Origin: a virus
Taxonomy: Duplodnaviria; Heunggongvirae; Uroviricota; Caudoviricetes
IMG/VR virus record: IMGVR_UViG_3300023174_000088
Coordinates: 27,410 to 91,409 of that record
Direction: 5' to 3' (one strand)
Length of the DNA: 64,000 bases
Shown: positions 45,845 to 56,764 of the stretch, one piece after another
How the letters are laid out: each line of letters opens with the position of its first letter
Position numbering within the stretch: the first letter of the stretch is position 1
Position numbers and translations under genes: made by a program
Notes under the pieces: generated by a model
What the model was told of the DNA's origin: nothing
Database searches by the model: none
The model's input: only the letters and a program-made list of their open reading frames with translations

Positions 45845-48800
45845 ATGGCAGAAGAACAAGAACAATCACAGGCACAAGGTAATATAAGGAACGAGTATAA
45901 CGTTGCTAGGGTGGGGCTTAATATGGATAGCAGCGTTAACCAAGTTGCTAAGGGTATGGTGACATATGCCCTCAATGCTGCTGTGGAGAACTTTGACTCT
46001 AATAGCGTAAACTACCAAAATGAACCAGCAAATGAGCTGTGTTTAAACTTCCCCGAAGGCTACCATCTAATAGGCACCCATTTCATCCAAGAGAAAAACA
46101 AGCACATCTTCTTCCTTGCAAATCCTGAAACTTCAAGTTCGGAGATTGGATATATGGACAATAATGACTGTGTATACAACACTTATGTCAATGGTCCATG
46201 TCTTAATTTTGACATTAATCATCCGATACACAAGGTGGTGCATAAAATCACAAATTGCACTACAGAGATATATTGGACAGATGGAGTGAATCCCAGGAGA
46301 TATCTTGACCTCAATCCAGAAAACCTTCCAAAAATACTGAGGCCTGGTTCAACTCCCTGCAATCCCAACTATACAGACGAACTGGATTGCAATCAGATTA
46401 AGCTTCAGCCCAACTTTGAAGTCCCCCAACTTGCTGTTGTAGATGTTAGAACAGGAGGTTCCCTACTGGCAGGAACTTATCAGTTTGCAATACAATACAG
46501 TGACGCTGTAGGAAATGCTTACACATCCTACTATTCTGTAACAAACCCTACACCAATTGCAAACCCACAGCTCACCACTCCCAACTTTAACTATGAAGTG
46601 GGACGTTCCATTATATTGAATGTCAGTAACTTGGATGTCACTGGACAGTTTGAATATTTCAACCTTGCAGTGATAAAGACAGTGAACGCCATCACTTCTG
46701 TAGAACTTGTAGGTACATATTTCATAGACAACACCGCTAAACAAGTGACATACACTGGTCAGAATGTTACACAGATAAGGCTGACAGTAGATGATATATT
46801 CGAGAAATACCCCTATTATGACATTGCTCAAGATGTAACAGCTGTACAGGATATTCTTGTATGGGACAATCTTACATCTATAGACAGGATTAACTACCAG
46901 CAGATAGCAAATCAAGTTACATTGAACTGGCAGACATACAAGCTTCCTGCCACAGAGAACTATGCAGATGAGCTGAATGCCACAAACCTGCGCGGCTATC
47001 TGCGTGATGAAGTGTATGCCTTTGAAATTGTATTCCTCCTGAGGAATGGTAAACAAACAGACGGATTCCACATCCCTGGAAGAATGGCCATAACATCAGA
47101 CCTACTTCCAGAAATACCAACAACAAACGATGACTTCATAGGAGATCCTACAAATCCTATAACTAATTCAAGTCGATATTGGCAAATCTACAATACAGCC
47201 TCTGTAATAGGATCTGCTACAGGTGATAATATTGGAAATGCCACCCCATATCAATATGGGGAATTTGCATATTGGGAATCTACAGAACTCTATCCTTGCA
47301 ATGAGGATGTTTGGGGAGAGCTTGCCAGCAAGCCAATAAGACACCACAAATTCCCAGATGCTCTGGTTAGCCCTGTATTTGAATCTGCTTTGTTCACATC
47401 CCCATCAAGTATGGTGATGCAGAACAACTCTGTATTCCCAATGGGTGTTAGAATAGATGTCACACAGGTGAGCAGTCTCATTCAAACCTCCAATCTCACA
47501 GCTGAACAAAAAGCAGACATTGCTGGTTTCAAGATTGTACGAGGAGACAGGGGAACAAACAAATCAATCATAGCAAAGGGCATTCTCAGAAATGTAGGAA
47601 AGTATAAGAGAGAAGAAACAGAATACTATTTCCCCAACTACCCATACAACGATCTCAGACAAGACCCTTTCCTTCTAGATAAATCGAATGGTTATTACGA
47701 GAATTGTAATAGTTATACAATTCTTTCAACAACTTTATCTGGAGAATACAATTACACAGATTGTTTTACTGGAGAGAGTGTTTCTGGAACCTCTTTTGCA
47801 GTGAATGAACTAGTGGAAGTTTGTTCTCTTACAAGACCCACTACATCTCTTCCATCAGCAAATGTGGTGATCACCCAAATATCGTCTTCTAGTTATAAAA
47901 TTACAAATGTCTCTGCAAGTCCAATTATATTTCCAGTGTATGATCAGTTTGGTTATATTAGCTCATATGCTGTAGTAAATGGATATGAAACAAAGACACT
48001 AACTCTCTACACCCCACCCAACGATAGTAGTTTACGCATAGAGAAACTTAGTACGACAGGTATGCTACCTGCCTGTCAAATCAAACAACTGGACGCATTT
48101 AATAGTACAGATTCTCTTTATAGACTGGTATTCAACTCTCCAGAAACATCCTTCGGACAACCATTCCTTGGAGATGTTTTGAAGCTTGAGCATGTAATGT
48201 TTGGTGCTGGAAGAGCGCATTTTGTAAGGGTTAAAGAGCATGCCATGTACAAACTTCTGAGTAAGGAAGCTCAGGAAGATGCTCTAGCAAGTAGTTTGGC
48301 TATAGCAAATATAACAGATCCTTCAGATGTAAGTGCTTTGTTTGCATCCTATCAGGCCTATCTCACCATATACATAAACGGCATAACTAGGAGAAACTAT
48401 GCTTATTCCTACAACTCGATAGCCAGCTATGACTATTCTGCTGATATTGCAAATAATTTCGGCATAAAGCAAAGAGAACTTGACATTGCTCAATACATCA
48501 TCCCAGCTGTACAGTCTGTGGGAGATCCTGACGGAATCAGTATAAACAACTGGAACAGAGAGTCTTCTGTATATTTGAAAACAAAAGATTCGAAGTTTAA
48601 CAGGACAATCCCTCCATTCCTGTTCCCAGACAAAACACCAAGTTTGGCTCCTTCAGGAACATCTTTGGTTTCGGACAAATCGAGGTATACGATCAGTGAG
48701 TTGGGCAATTGCAACAATCCAGGAAAAGAATCTCCTATAAATGTTGTTTCATATTATGCATCTCTGAAAGATATATTTGTCAACCAATGGGGGCAGATTT

Positions 48801-50308
48801 ATTCCTACGAAACAATTGACACAGGATTCCAAAGAGACATCACACCTACAACTGCACCAACCATTGCTACAATATTTGGAGGAGACACGTTCATTAGCAG
48901 ATTTGCATTCAAGATAAAGCTGCCCTTTTTCATAGATAATAGGGTGGGTGCTCCTGACGATAGTGATGTGTTCTATGATGAGATTGGAAACGCTGCCTAT
49001 CCAAAATATTGGTATTCAGCACGTTCTGTATTGAGTGATATAACTTTGGCAACAAAAAACTCTTCAGGCGGTCCTGCTCCAACAACACTGAAGAACTTTA
49101 TATCGTTCAAGGCTCATAACCTTGACTGCCCAAATAGCCAAGTGGCTAGCACAACTTCTGATCCAAATCCAGGAAGAACTTTTTACGATGGTAAGATGTA
49201 CCTGTTTGCATACGGGATTCCTAATTTCTATTGTGAAACTTCATATAATGTAAACCTTCGTCAGGCATTCAATAATAGAGAAGGAGACTTCTGGCCTCAC
49301 GTGAGCACGGGTATTCCTGATGATTGGGTGCAGGAAAGCTTTGTTACAATTGCTCAGGACAATACGTATTATTACAATGTGACATTCTCCAAGCAAAACA
49401 AGGAAAACTTCTTCTCGCATCTTCCTCCAGATTGGGAGCAAAGGCTTTGCTTCACCAACTACCCATTCAGGGCAATCTATTCTGATCGTCAGGATGCAAA
49501 TGCTGATATTAGGGTGAACAACTGGCTCACTTATCTGGCAGCATCGAAGTTTGATTTCCCTCAAAACTATGGAAATCTTATATCTTTGGATGGCATCCAG
49601 AACAGAGGTATTCTAGCCAGATTTGAAAACAAGTCATTGTTATACAATAACTTGTTGACAATCAACACTAGTAATCCTCAAGCAGCATATGTAGGTAATC
49701 CTAACATGTTTAGTGCCCCTCCAATTGACTTTGCTGAAACAGATCTTGGATATGTCGGAAGCCAGAACAAGATGCTTCTAAAGATACCTCAAGGACAGAT
49801 AACAATAGATGCCAAGAGAGGACAAGTGTTTCTCATATCTGGAACACAAGCTACAGATCTCTCAGCATTTGGTTCTGGGCTTAACAGGTTCTTTACAGAT
49901 CATCTGGCATTTGAAATCCTGAGATATTTTCCAGAGGTGAATACAGATAATCATTTTAATGGAATTGGGTTGCATGGTGTATATGATAGCAAGTATGACA
50001 GGGTGATTATTTCCAAGCTAGATTACATTCCCCTATCTACAGACATCAAATATGATGCTGATAAGAAAGAGTTCTACATAGAGAAAACCCAGACAAGCAC
50101 CCCACTGAGAGTGGTGGTGGAAGTGACAGATGTTGAATACTTCTGTAATAAGTCTTGGACACTTTCGTTCAATATGAACACCAAGTCTTGGGTGAGCTTC
50201 CATAGTTACATCCCCAACTGGTACATAGCTGAGAACAACTTCTTCTATTCAGGGCTGAATGGAGGATGCGACCTTGAAGCAATTGCTGCCTCTGAAGAAT
50301 TAACCTAA
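45845..50308 (+). CDS. Giant virion/tail protein (1487 aa)
   Basis: Uninterrupted 4.46-kb ORF in the structural operon. Confidence 0.6.
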   Translation: MAEEQEQSQAQGNIRNEYNVARVGLNMDSSVNQVAKGMVTYALNAAVENFDSNSVNYQNEPANELCLNFPEGYHLIGTHFIQEKNKHIFFLANPETSSSEIGYMDNNDCVYNTYVNGPCLNFDINHPIHKVVHKITNCTTEIYWTDGVNPRRYLDLNPENLPKILRPGSTPCNPNYTDELDCNQIKLQPNFEVPQLAVVDVRTGGSLLAGTYQFAIQYSDAVGNAYTSYYSVTNPTPIANPQLTTPNFNYEVGRSIILNVSNLDVTGQFEYFNLAVIKTVNAITSVELVGTYFIDNTAKQVTYTGQNVTQIRLTVDDIFEKYPYYDIAQDVTAVQDILVWDNLTSIDRINYQQIANQVTLNWQTYKLPATENYADELNATNLRGYLRDEVYAFEIVFLLRNGKQTDGFHIPGRMAITSDLLPEIPTTNDDFIGDPTNPITNSSRYWQIYNTASVIGSATGDNIGNATPYQYGEFAYWESTELYPCNEDVWGELASKPIRHHKFPDALVSPVFESALFTSPSSMVMQNNSVFPMGVRIDVTQVSSLIQTSNLTAEQKADIAGFKIVRGDRGTNKSIIAKGILRNVGKYKREETEYYFPNYPYNDLRQDPFLLDKSNGYYENCNSYTILSTTLSGEYNYTDCFTGESVSGTSFAVNELVEVCSLTRPTTSLPSANVVITQISSSSYKITNVSASPIIFPVYDQFGYISSYAVVNGYETKTLTLYTPPNDSSLRIEKLSTTGMLPACQIKQLDAFNSTDSLYRLVFNSPETSFGQPFLGDVLKLEHVMFGAGRAHFVRVKEHAMYKLLSKEAQEDALASSLAIANITDPSDVSALFASYQAYLTIYINGITRRNYAYSYNSIASYDYSADIANNFGIKQRELDIAQYIIPAVQSVGDPDGISINNWNRESSVYLKTKDSKFNRTIPPFLFPDKTPSLAPSGTSLVSDKSRYTISELGNCNNPGKESPINVVSYYASLKDIFVNQWGQIYSYETIDTGFQRDITPTTAPTIATIFGGDTFISRFAFKIKLPFFIDNRVGAPDDSDVFYDEIGNAAYPKYWYSARSVLSDITLATKNSSGGPAPTTLKNFISFKAHNLDCPNSQVASTTSDPNPGRTFYDGKMYLFAYGIPNFYCETSYNVNLRQAFNNREGDFWPHVSTGIPDDWVQESFVTIAQDNTYYYNVTFSKQNKENFFSHLPPDWEQRLCFTNYPFRAIYSDRQDANADIRVNNWLTYLAASKFDFPQNYGNLISLDGIQNRGILARFENKSLLYNNLLTINTSNPQAAYVGNPNMFSAPPIDFAETDLGYVGSQNKMLLKIPQGQITIDAKRGQVFLISGTQATDLSAFGSGLNRFFTDHLAFEILRYFPEVNTDNHFNGIGLHGVYDSKYDRVIISKLDYIPLSTDIKYDADKKEFYIEKTQTSTPLRVVVEVTDVEYFCNKSWTLSFNMNTKSWVSFHSYIPNWYIAENNFFYSGLNGGCDLEAIAASEELT

Positions 50309-50314
50309 CCCCCT

Positions 50315-51199
50315 ATGACAAAAACAATAGTTATAAAGTTTACAAAAGTTGGTTCTAGGACAGGACCAAGGTTTAACATATATGACGACCTAGGAAACAC
50401 TCTTGCTACAGATGTATTGAAAAGCTCATTAGTATCAGGAATATCTTTAGAGATAGACAGTGCTGTAAAGGTGGTGGTTATCAAATCGTTGGATGGGTGC
50501 AACGGTACATGTTCAAAAACCATAAATGTTCCTGTAACAACCATCACAAAACAACAACTTGCAGCTACACAAGCAGTGAAAGGAAACACAGCTTCCTTAT
50601 GGAGGCATCTAACCACTCCAGTGTTTTACAACAACTTCTATGGAAACATAGAACCCTACATCATAGAATATCCATTTGCCTACCAATTCCAAGATGAAAT
50701 CTTGCAGAACGTAAAAGACTATACAAAAGCATATAAATACTTCCAAGACTCTGGTGGGGTGTGGAATGATGACAATAAGATAGAAACAGACGACAGATGG
50801 TTCAATAAGGCTGTCCTGTACAATGGTCAACAGAGTACGGGTGTGCTGGAGCTTGTCCCCAAGCCCAAGAACAACCTCAGTGAATATGTCAAATATCCAT
50901 TGTACAATGCTGAAAGTAAAACCATTACATATACAAAAAGCGATAATTTCTATCAATACAACACATTCTGGGCACTAAACCGTGACAAATCCACCCCACT
51001 ATTTGTCAGAAGCTGTTGCTCTTCCTTGTCTCTGGACAAAACTGTAAACCAGGCAAACATGGACTACAGCAAGCGCTCATTCAAAAAAGCCCCTCTTAGG
51101 GCTAAAGAGTTGAAGATAAGACACATCCTAGACAACAGAAGTGATGCCCACCTGACAAGCCAATTCATTATAGGAAGTGCTATGATATCTTACAAATAA
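50315..51199 (+). CDS. Structural protein (294 aa)
   Basis: ORF. Confidence 0.45.
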   Translation: MTKTIVIKFTKVGSRTGPRFNIYDDLGNTLATDVLKSSLVSGISLEIDSAVKVVVIKSLDGCNGTCSKTINVPVTTITKQQLAATQAVKGNTASLWRHLTTPVFYNNFYGNIEPYIIEYPFAYQFQDEILQNVKDYTKAYKYFQDSGGVWNDDNKIETDDRWFNKAVLYNGQQSTGVLELVPKPKNNLSEYVKYPLYNAESKTITYTKSDNFYQYNTFWALNRDKSTPLFVRSCCSSLSLDKTVNQANMDYSKRSFKKAPLRAKELKIRHILDNRSDAHLTSQFIIGSAMISYK

Positions 51200-54100
51200 T
51201 GGCAAAGAAGAAAACACAAGGTTGGTTAGACAAATACGATGCCCCTCAAGCCCAGAATGGGATAGAAGGAACTATGGGCGGTTTAACTGATAAAGGCTTT
51301 GACTACAATGGCTCTTGGGGTGGACAGTTTCAAATGGGAGGAAATGTCTATCCTGTAAACTATGTTCCCCAGGCTGCTATGGGTGGGAGTACAGGAGGAA
51401 CATTCCCTGGCTCTACAGGATTCATGTACGCACGCACGCAGGGAGCTGCCCCCTCAGAAGGCCCCTATGCAAAGAAGACAATGCCTAGCGCTCAAGATGG
51501 AAAAAAACAACCAAGTAATGAGGAACAAGCTAAAGAATGGTATAGGAACTGGTATACAGAAAGAGCTAAAAACCCAAAGTTTACAGAAGTTGCTAATAAA
51601 AGACTTGATATTTTACCAAAACTAAATGTCTCTTATGATCCAGATTTATTAAATACAGCAGAAGCATATGGTATATATTCTTATTCTCCTGACAACTACA
51701 CTGTTTCTGTAGATGCAAGCGGTAATCCTATAGGAACATCTTCTCAAAATATACTTCATGAGTTTGGGCATGCTTTTGACCATCTTACCCCTCAAAAAAA
51801 CAGAAAAGAGATTTTTGAGCAGAATGCTTTAACAGATCCATTTAATAACGCTTCTTGGGGAGGCAGAGGTAGTGAGGCAGATCAAAGCGAATTGCTGAGT
51901 AGAGTTGATCAGTGGAGAATGATGTACGGCATTGATCCAAATAAAGAATACAGCATAGATGATATGAAAAAAATAATAGATGATTTCAACTCACAAAATC
52001 CATCTATTAAAGATATGAATTACGGTCCTGATGCAAAATTTAATGTTAAACAGCTTTTTGACATGATCAAAAACAATCCTGAAAAACTGAGAAATTTGAA
52101 TAGGGATTTGGTTATGAGAAATGTTGGACAGTTGCCAGTTGCTCAAGATGGAATGACCTACTACCAACATGGCTTAGATTGGAAACCAAGGAACATCAGT
52201 AGGGATGGAAGTGAAATTCCAAATGCTCAGAAAGGAAAGCAATATCCCTATCACCCTATAACAAATCCTGAAGGATTTCAATCCGTCCTTACAGATGAGC
52301 AAAAAAGACAAATGGGAATGCCTGTTTCTCAAAGAAGTGTAATGTATGGTAAACCTCCTGCAGTTTATCCTACAGCCTCTAGAGAAAGAACAGAAGGATT
52401 TACAGGTCGTCAAAATGCTTCTGTAGGCCCATCTAGGACAAACTACACAAGAGCTCAAGTAGAGGCAATGAATGCTGAAGAAGCTAGACGTAAAGCTCAG
52501 GCTAATTCTGCATTATCTCAAACAATGGGTTCATTTGCTGGAAATGAAGCAGCAGGAACAATAGGAGCTGAGACCTTTGTGAACATGAATCCTCTTGGTA
52601 CAGGGCAAGTGATGTCTGCCTCTAGGCTATACGGACTTGGAAAAAGTGTTGCCACTGGTGATAGTGAAGCCAATCCTTATTTTGGAAGTGACAGAGGTTT
52701 TGTAAACAATGCCTTTGGTGCAATTAACTTAGCAGGAGATTTAGGAATGATGAGGGTTGGTACAACAGGTACGTTGGGAAATATGAACCCTGTATTAAAA
52801 GATTTCAGCGCACCACCGTTAAGCTCACGTCTTAACTTGACAGCACCTGTATCAGTTGCAAAAATAATAGGTGAATATGGAAAAGTTCCTACCCTAACCT
52901 CAGAAAACTTTACATATGTTGGCGATCCTAGATTTAATGTACACACATCTCAAGGATTTAAGGGCAAAACTCACTCATTCATAGACCCCACTGATTTGGA
53001 AAATTTTCAAAGACAAAATCCTGGTGGATTGTTTTACCAATCTCTTCCTCAAAAAGAGTCTAAAACCATAGCTCTTAGTGCTCTTCCAGAAATGGATGCT
53101 AGCGGAAGAGCCATTACTTTTGGAGATCCTCTTTTTGGATTTTCATATAGAAAAAATCCAACTTCTCCATTGGCGTTAGACTATGCAAGAAAACTTGCAT
53201 TACAACAAATTAATAAAGGAGTTCCTGTAAATAGATTGGAGCTTTTAGGAAAATCTAATCCTCTTGTAGAACCAAAAGGACTACGACAACCTATTTCATT
53301 AAAAATCCAGCCAAATAGATATGGTGGTGTAATTAAAGCAAAAGTGGGTTTGGAAATAGAATGTCCTACAGGATATAAACCAGATGGTAATGGCGGATGT
53401 ATCAGGATGACTCTAGATGAACAGATGAGAGCCATTCCTAGAAATGTAGCAAGCAGTACAGCTATCGCTACAAACAAGCCACAGTTTCGCACAGCTAGAG
53501 AGGCAGAAATAGCCAGAGCAGAGGCTATGAAAGCTAAGCAACCTGTCATAAGACAAGGAAGACAAGAAACTGTTTTAGATAGGGCTAAGACTGAAATGCT
53601 TAAAAGGCAATATCAATCTCTCCATCCTAATACAAGAATCAATCCTATAACAGGAGATTTGGAGACTATCGATCCAAATAGAGGATTTGAAATGCAGCCT
53701 CTTACACCTAGTGCTAAAAGATTTGATAAAGGTCTTGAACATATAATGGGAGCTATTGAAGCTACAGGTACACTAACTGGAGTTGGGCAAATAGGATCTA
53801 ATGCATTAAGACTTGGTGCAAGTGCTTTAGAAAAACAGGTTGGTAGAAACCTTCTATCAAAAGGATTAAAAAACTTTACAAGTTCTATAAACCCTACATT
53901 GAGTGCTATAGATAATGCAGCTGCTTATGTACAATTAGATCCTATTGGTATTATGGGAAATAGATTGAATTCAACACTCTACAACCCAACAACATCTTTA
54001 AACACAACAAATAACACTATAACTGGAGTTAAAAAGAATTTAATAAACTCCGCTGTAGAGGCTTCAGATATTACATTAGGAACTAACAATTTAAGAAATA

Positions 54101-56745
54101 TATCTCCCTATCCCACTAATTCAGAACTGTTTGGTGCAAGTTCTTCTGTAGAGGGCCTTATTCCTAAACAAGCAGGATTTCCAAATCCTTTAGCAATTGC
54201 AGATGCAATATTTCCACAACTTCCTCATCCTGCAAGAATACCATTGATGTTTTCTCCAATAGAAGGTTTAGGTCCTTTTACGGGTAGCCCTTTAAATTTA
54301 GTTCCAGGATATGGTAAAGTTTTACAATCTAATCCAAATGCTGCATTCAGAAAGTTTGGTAATACTATGGAGCATGTGATGAGCACTAAAACATTAAGTC
54401 CTAAAGGAGGTTCTCCGATTAGAATTGGTAGAGACCAAATTATAGGAGAAGGTAACTGGGCAGCTTTGAATGCACCTGATGAAAATTATAAGGGAGTATT
54501 TGCTGCAAAATTTGACTTTAGAAATCCAAATACTAATTTAGGATATGTTAATCCTAGTAATAGAAATGGTGTACTAATTACAACAAAATCTGGGGAAAAT
54601 CTTGTTGATATTCCAATACAAGATGAAGGCTTAAGTTTTCATAGAAGACTTCCTTTTTCCAATAGGTATGTTCCTATAGATAAACAAAAGCTTTTGAATG
54701 ATCAGTTTCAATGGGCTACTCAAGGAGGACATCTTCAAAGCTTATTTGAAAAATATGGATATGGTCTTGGCTATGCTGGCGCACTGTCTGCAATGGGTCA
54801 GCCTTATATGATGGATAAACTTAAACAATACACAATAAATCCTACAATAGATTATTGGAACAAAGCAGATAGTACATTGAATAAAAATTTTGGCACTCCA
54901 CTTATGCAAATTCCTAGGCAAAAAGAAGGTGGCGTAATAAAAGACAACAGAGGACAATGGGCCCATCCTGGAAAGATAACAGAAATAGACTCCAACCAAA
55001 TAACAATGCAGGGAGTGCCCTATCCTGTCCTGGGAATAGGAAAAGATGGACAACAAATAATGATGCAGCCTGGAGAAGAATATACATTCAACAAAGGCCC
55101 TGTTACAGAGATTCCTATGGCTCAGACAGGAGTTGAACAAACCTTCCAAGAGGGAACAGATTTTCTGAGAGATTGGTATTCCAAGAGAGCACAACTTCCT
55201 CAGTTTCAAGACCTTGCAACAAGAAGGTTAGAAGATATAGACAGATTTAGTCCAGGCTATCAGCCTTATGATGTTATGAAAAAAGTAGGTGTAGGGTACT
55301 ATCCTTACGCTGGTGGAGATGTGGTGTATTTTACAGACCCAGCAGATAAAAGTATTCCAAAAGATAAATTAGAAGAATCCGTACCAACACCAGCACTAGT
55401 TGCCCATGAGGTGACTCATGGACTTACACGCAAAAATCCTCAAGAGATGCCTGAGGATTATTTTAAACCAGTTCCATTCAAGGACTTTGATATATACAAA
55501 CCAGAAAATGCCATTCATTCTGGAGATGAATATTATTACAACTGGATTAATAGCAAAGGTCCTATAGAATACATCAATAAGAAAGGTAAGCAAAAAACAA
55601 AAATGGCCCCTGGAGTTGAGATAGAAGGCACGCTAGCTATGCTAAGGTCTCTAGAGAAACTCGACCCAACAAAGACATACACAGCTGAGGATGTAGCTCC
55701 TATGATTGAGAAGTACAAGACTATGAGAAAAGAGTCTGAGGAAGAATATAAGAAAACCAAGAACTATCCAATGGAAAACGCTCCTCAGATGATTGAATTC
55801 ATGTTCAGGAATTTTGGAAACGATCCTAAGAGAATAGCAGCCCTGCTTAACGATATAGTGAGAACAGAATCTCGTACAACTCCTATTGCTCAGGATGGTA
55901 AAACAATATTTGTATCAAATCCTAATGATCCTAGACTAAAGTCTTATTCTGATAGTCTGTATAGTTATAATGTAGGTAAAAGATTAGAGTCAATATTAGA
56001 TGCGGATAAAAATTTGGTAAAAGTTAGACCTGGTTCACCTTATGATAAAGCGCTTCAGGCTGGTGTAAAGAGATCAGGAAATAACTTAATTGATAACTCA
56101 AAAAAGGATACAAAGGGATATAAAAATTATGAAAGGGTTGCAGCTATAATGGATGAGTATCAAACAAAAGGTAATAAAGGAATATTACCAATTAGATATC
56201 AAGGATATTTTCCAAATCCTGATAATACCGCCATAGACTTAGTTACACTTAGAAGTGTTTGGGACGCATTAGGTGTCACTGACCCAAGACCACCAGGAGG
56301 TGCAAATCTGCCTGTTTGGAAAAAACCAGAAGTTGAAGTGGCATTTAATTCAAGTAAAACTTCCCCTACTAAAACTCCCCAAACACAAAAACTAAAATTT
56401 AGCCCGTCGAAACCAGTTGATTCTCCAAAACCAATTAAACCAAAACCAGAACCAAAACCAAAGAGAGTTCCCTACAACCCTGAAACAATAAAACCTACAC
56501 GTCCTAAGGCATCACCTATTCAAATTCGTCCAATTGCTGCAACTCCTCAAGCACAAATGGAAATTCCAGATTGGCTATACAGGGTGGAATATACAGATCC
56601 TGAGACAGGGCAGAAAACACACAAAATGTTTAATACAGAAAAAGAAGGATCTGAATTTCAGAGAATGATGGATGGAGAAAGAATTGGCAACTGGGAAAAG
56701 CAACCTAAGAAGAAAACAGGTGGATGGTTGGACAAATATAACTGA
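51199..56745 (+). CDS. Giant virion protein (1848 aa) with two HExxH zincin-like motifs, a Pro/Lys-rich linker, and matching terminal KKKTxGWLDKY motifs
   Basis: ILHEFGHAFDH and VAHEVTHGLT; PKPIKPKPEPKPK; N-terminus MAKKKTQGWLDKYD, C-terminus KKKTGGWLDKYN. Confidence 0.6.
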   Translation: MAKKKTQGWLDKYDAPQAQNGIEGTMGGLTDKGFDYNGSWGGQFQMGGNVYPVNYVPQAAMGGSTGGTFPGSTGFMYARTQGAAPSEGPYAKKTMPSAQDGKKQPSNEEQAKEWYRNWYTERAKNPKFTEVANKRLDILPKLNVSYDPDLLNTAEAYGIYSYSPDNYTVSVDASGNPIGTSSQNILHEFGHAFDHLTPQKNRKEIFEQNALTDPFNNASWGGRGSEADQSELLSRVDQWRMMYGIDPNKEYSIDDMKKIIDDFNSQNPSIKDMNYGPDAKFNVKQLFDMIKNNPEKLRNLNRDLVMRNVGQLPVAQDGMTYYQHGLDWKPRNISRDGSEIPNAQKGKQYPYHPITNPEGFQSVLTDEQKRQMGMPVSQRSVMYGKPPAVYPTASRERTEGFTGRQNASVGPSRTNYTRAQVEAMNAEEARRKAQANSALSQTMGSFAGNEAAGTIGAETFVNMNPLGTGQVMSASRLYGLGKSVATGDSEANPYFGSDRGFVNNAFGAINLAGDLGMMRVGTTGTLGNMNPVLKDFSAPPLSSRLNLTAPVSVAKIIGEYGKVPTLTSENFTYVGDPRFNVHTSQGFKGKTHSFIDPTDLENFQRQNPGGLFYQSLPQKESKTIALSALPEMDASGRAITFGDPLFGFSYRKNPTSPLALDYARKLALQQINKGVPVNRLELLGKSNPLVEPKGLRQPISLKIQPNRYGGVIKAKVGLEIECPTGYKPDGNGGCIRMTLDEQMRAIPRNVASSTAIATNKPQFRTAREAEIARAEAMKAKQPVIRQGRQETVLDRAKTEMLKRQYQSLHPNTRINPITGDLETIDPNRGFEMQPLTPSAKRFDKGLEHIMGAIEATGTLTGVGQIGSNALRLGASALEKQVGRNLLSKGLKNFTSSINPTLSAIDNAAAYVQLDPIGIMGNRLNSTLYNPTTSLNTTNNTITGVKKNLINSAVEASDITLGTNNLRNISPYPTNSELFGASSSVEGLIPKQAGFPNPLAIADAIFPQLPHPARIPLMFSPIEGLGPFTGSPLNLVPGYGKVLQSNPNAAFRKFGNTMEHVMSTKTLSPKGGSPIRIGRDQIIGEGNWAALNAPDENYKGVFAAKFDFRNPNTNLGYVNPSNRNGVLITTKSGENLVDIPIQDEGLSFHRRLPFSNRYVPIDKQKLLNDQFQWATQGGHLQSLFEKYGYGLGYAGALSAMGQPYMMDKLKQYTINPTIDYWNKADSTLNKNFGTPLMQIPRQKEGGVIKDNRGQWAHPGKITEIDSNQITMQGVPYPVLGIGKDGQQIMMQPGEEYTFNKGPVTEIPMAQTGVEQTFQEGTDFLRDWYSKRAQLPQFQDLATRRLEDIDRFSPGYQPYDVMKKVGVGYYPYAGGDVVYFTDPADKSIPKDKLEESVPTPALVAHEVTHGLTRKNPQEMPEDYFKPVPFKDFDIYKPENAIHSGDEYYYNWINSKGPIEYINKKGKQKTKMAPGVEIEGTLAMLRSLEKLDPTKTYTAEDVAPMIEKYKTMRKESEEEYKKTKNYPMENAPQMIEFMFRNFGNDPKRIAALLNDIVRTESRTTPIAQDGKTIFVSNPNDPRLKSYSDSLYSYNVGKRLESILDADKNLVKVRPGSPYDKALQAGVKRSGNNLIDNSKKDTKGYKNYERVAAIMDEYQTKGNKGILPIRYQGYFPNPDNTAIDLVTLRSVWDALGVTDPRPPGGANLPVWKKPEVEVAFNSSKTSPTKTPQTQKLKFSPSKPVDSPKPIKPKPEPKPKRVPYNPETIKPTRPKASPIQIRPIAATPQAQMEIPDWLYRVEYTDPETGQKTHKMFNTEKEGSEFQRMMDGERIGNWEKQPKKKTGGWLDKYN

Positions 56746-56764
56746 TAAATTAAAAACTAATAAT

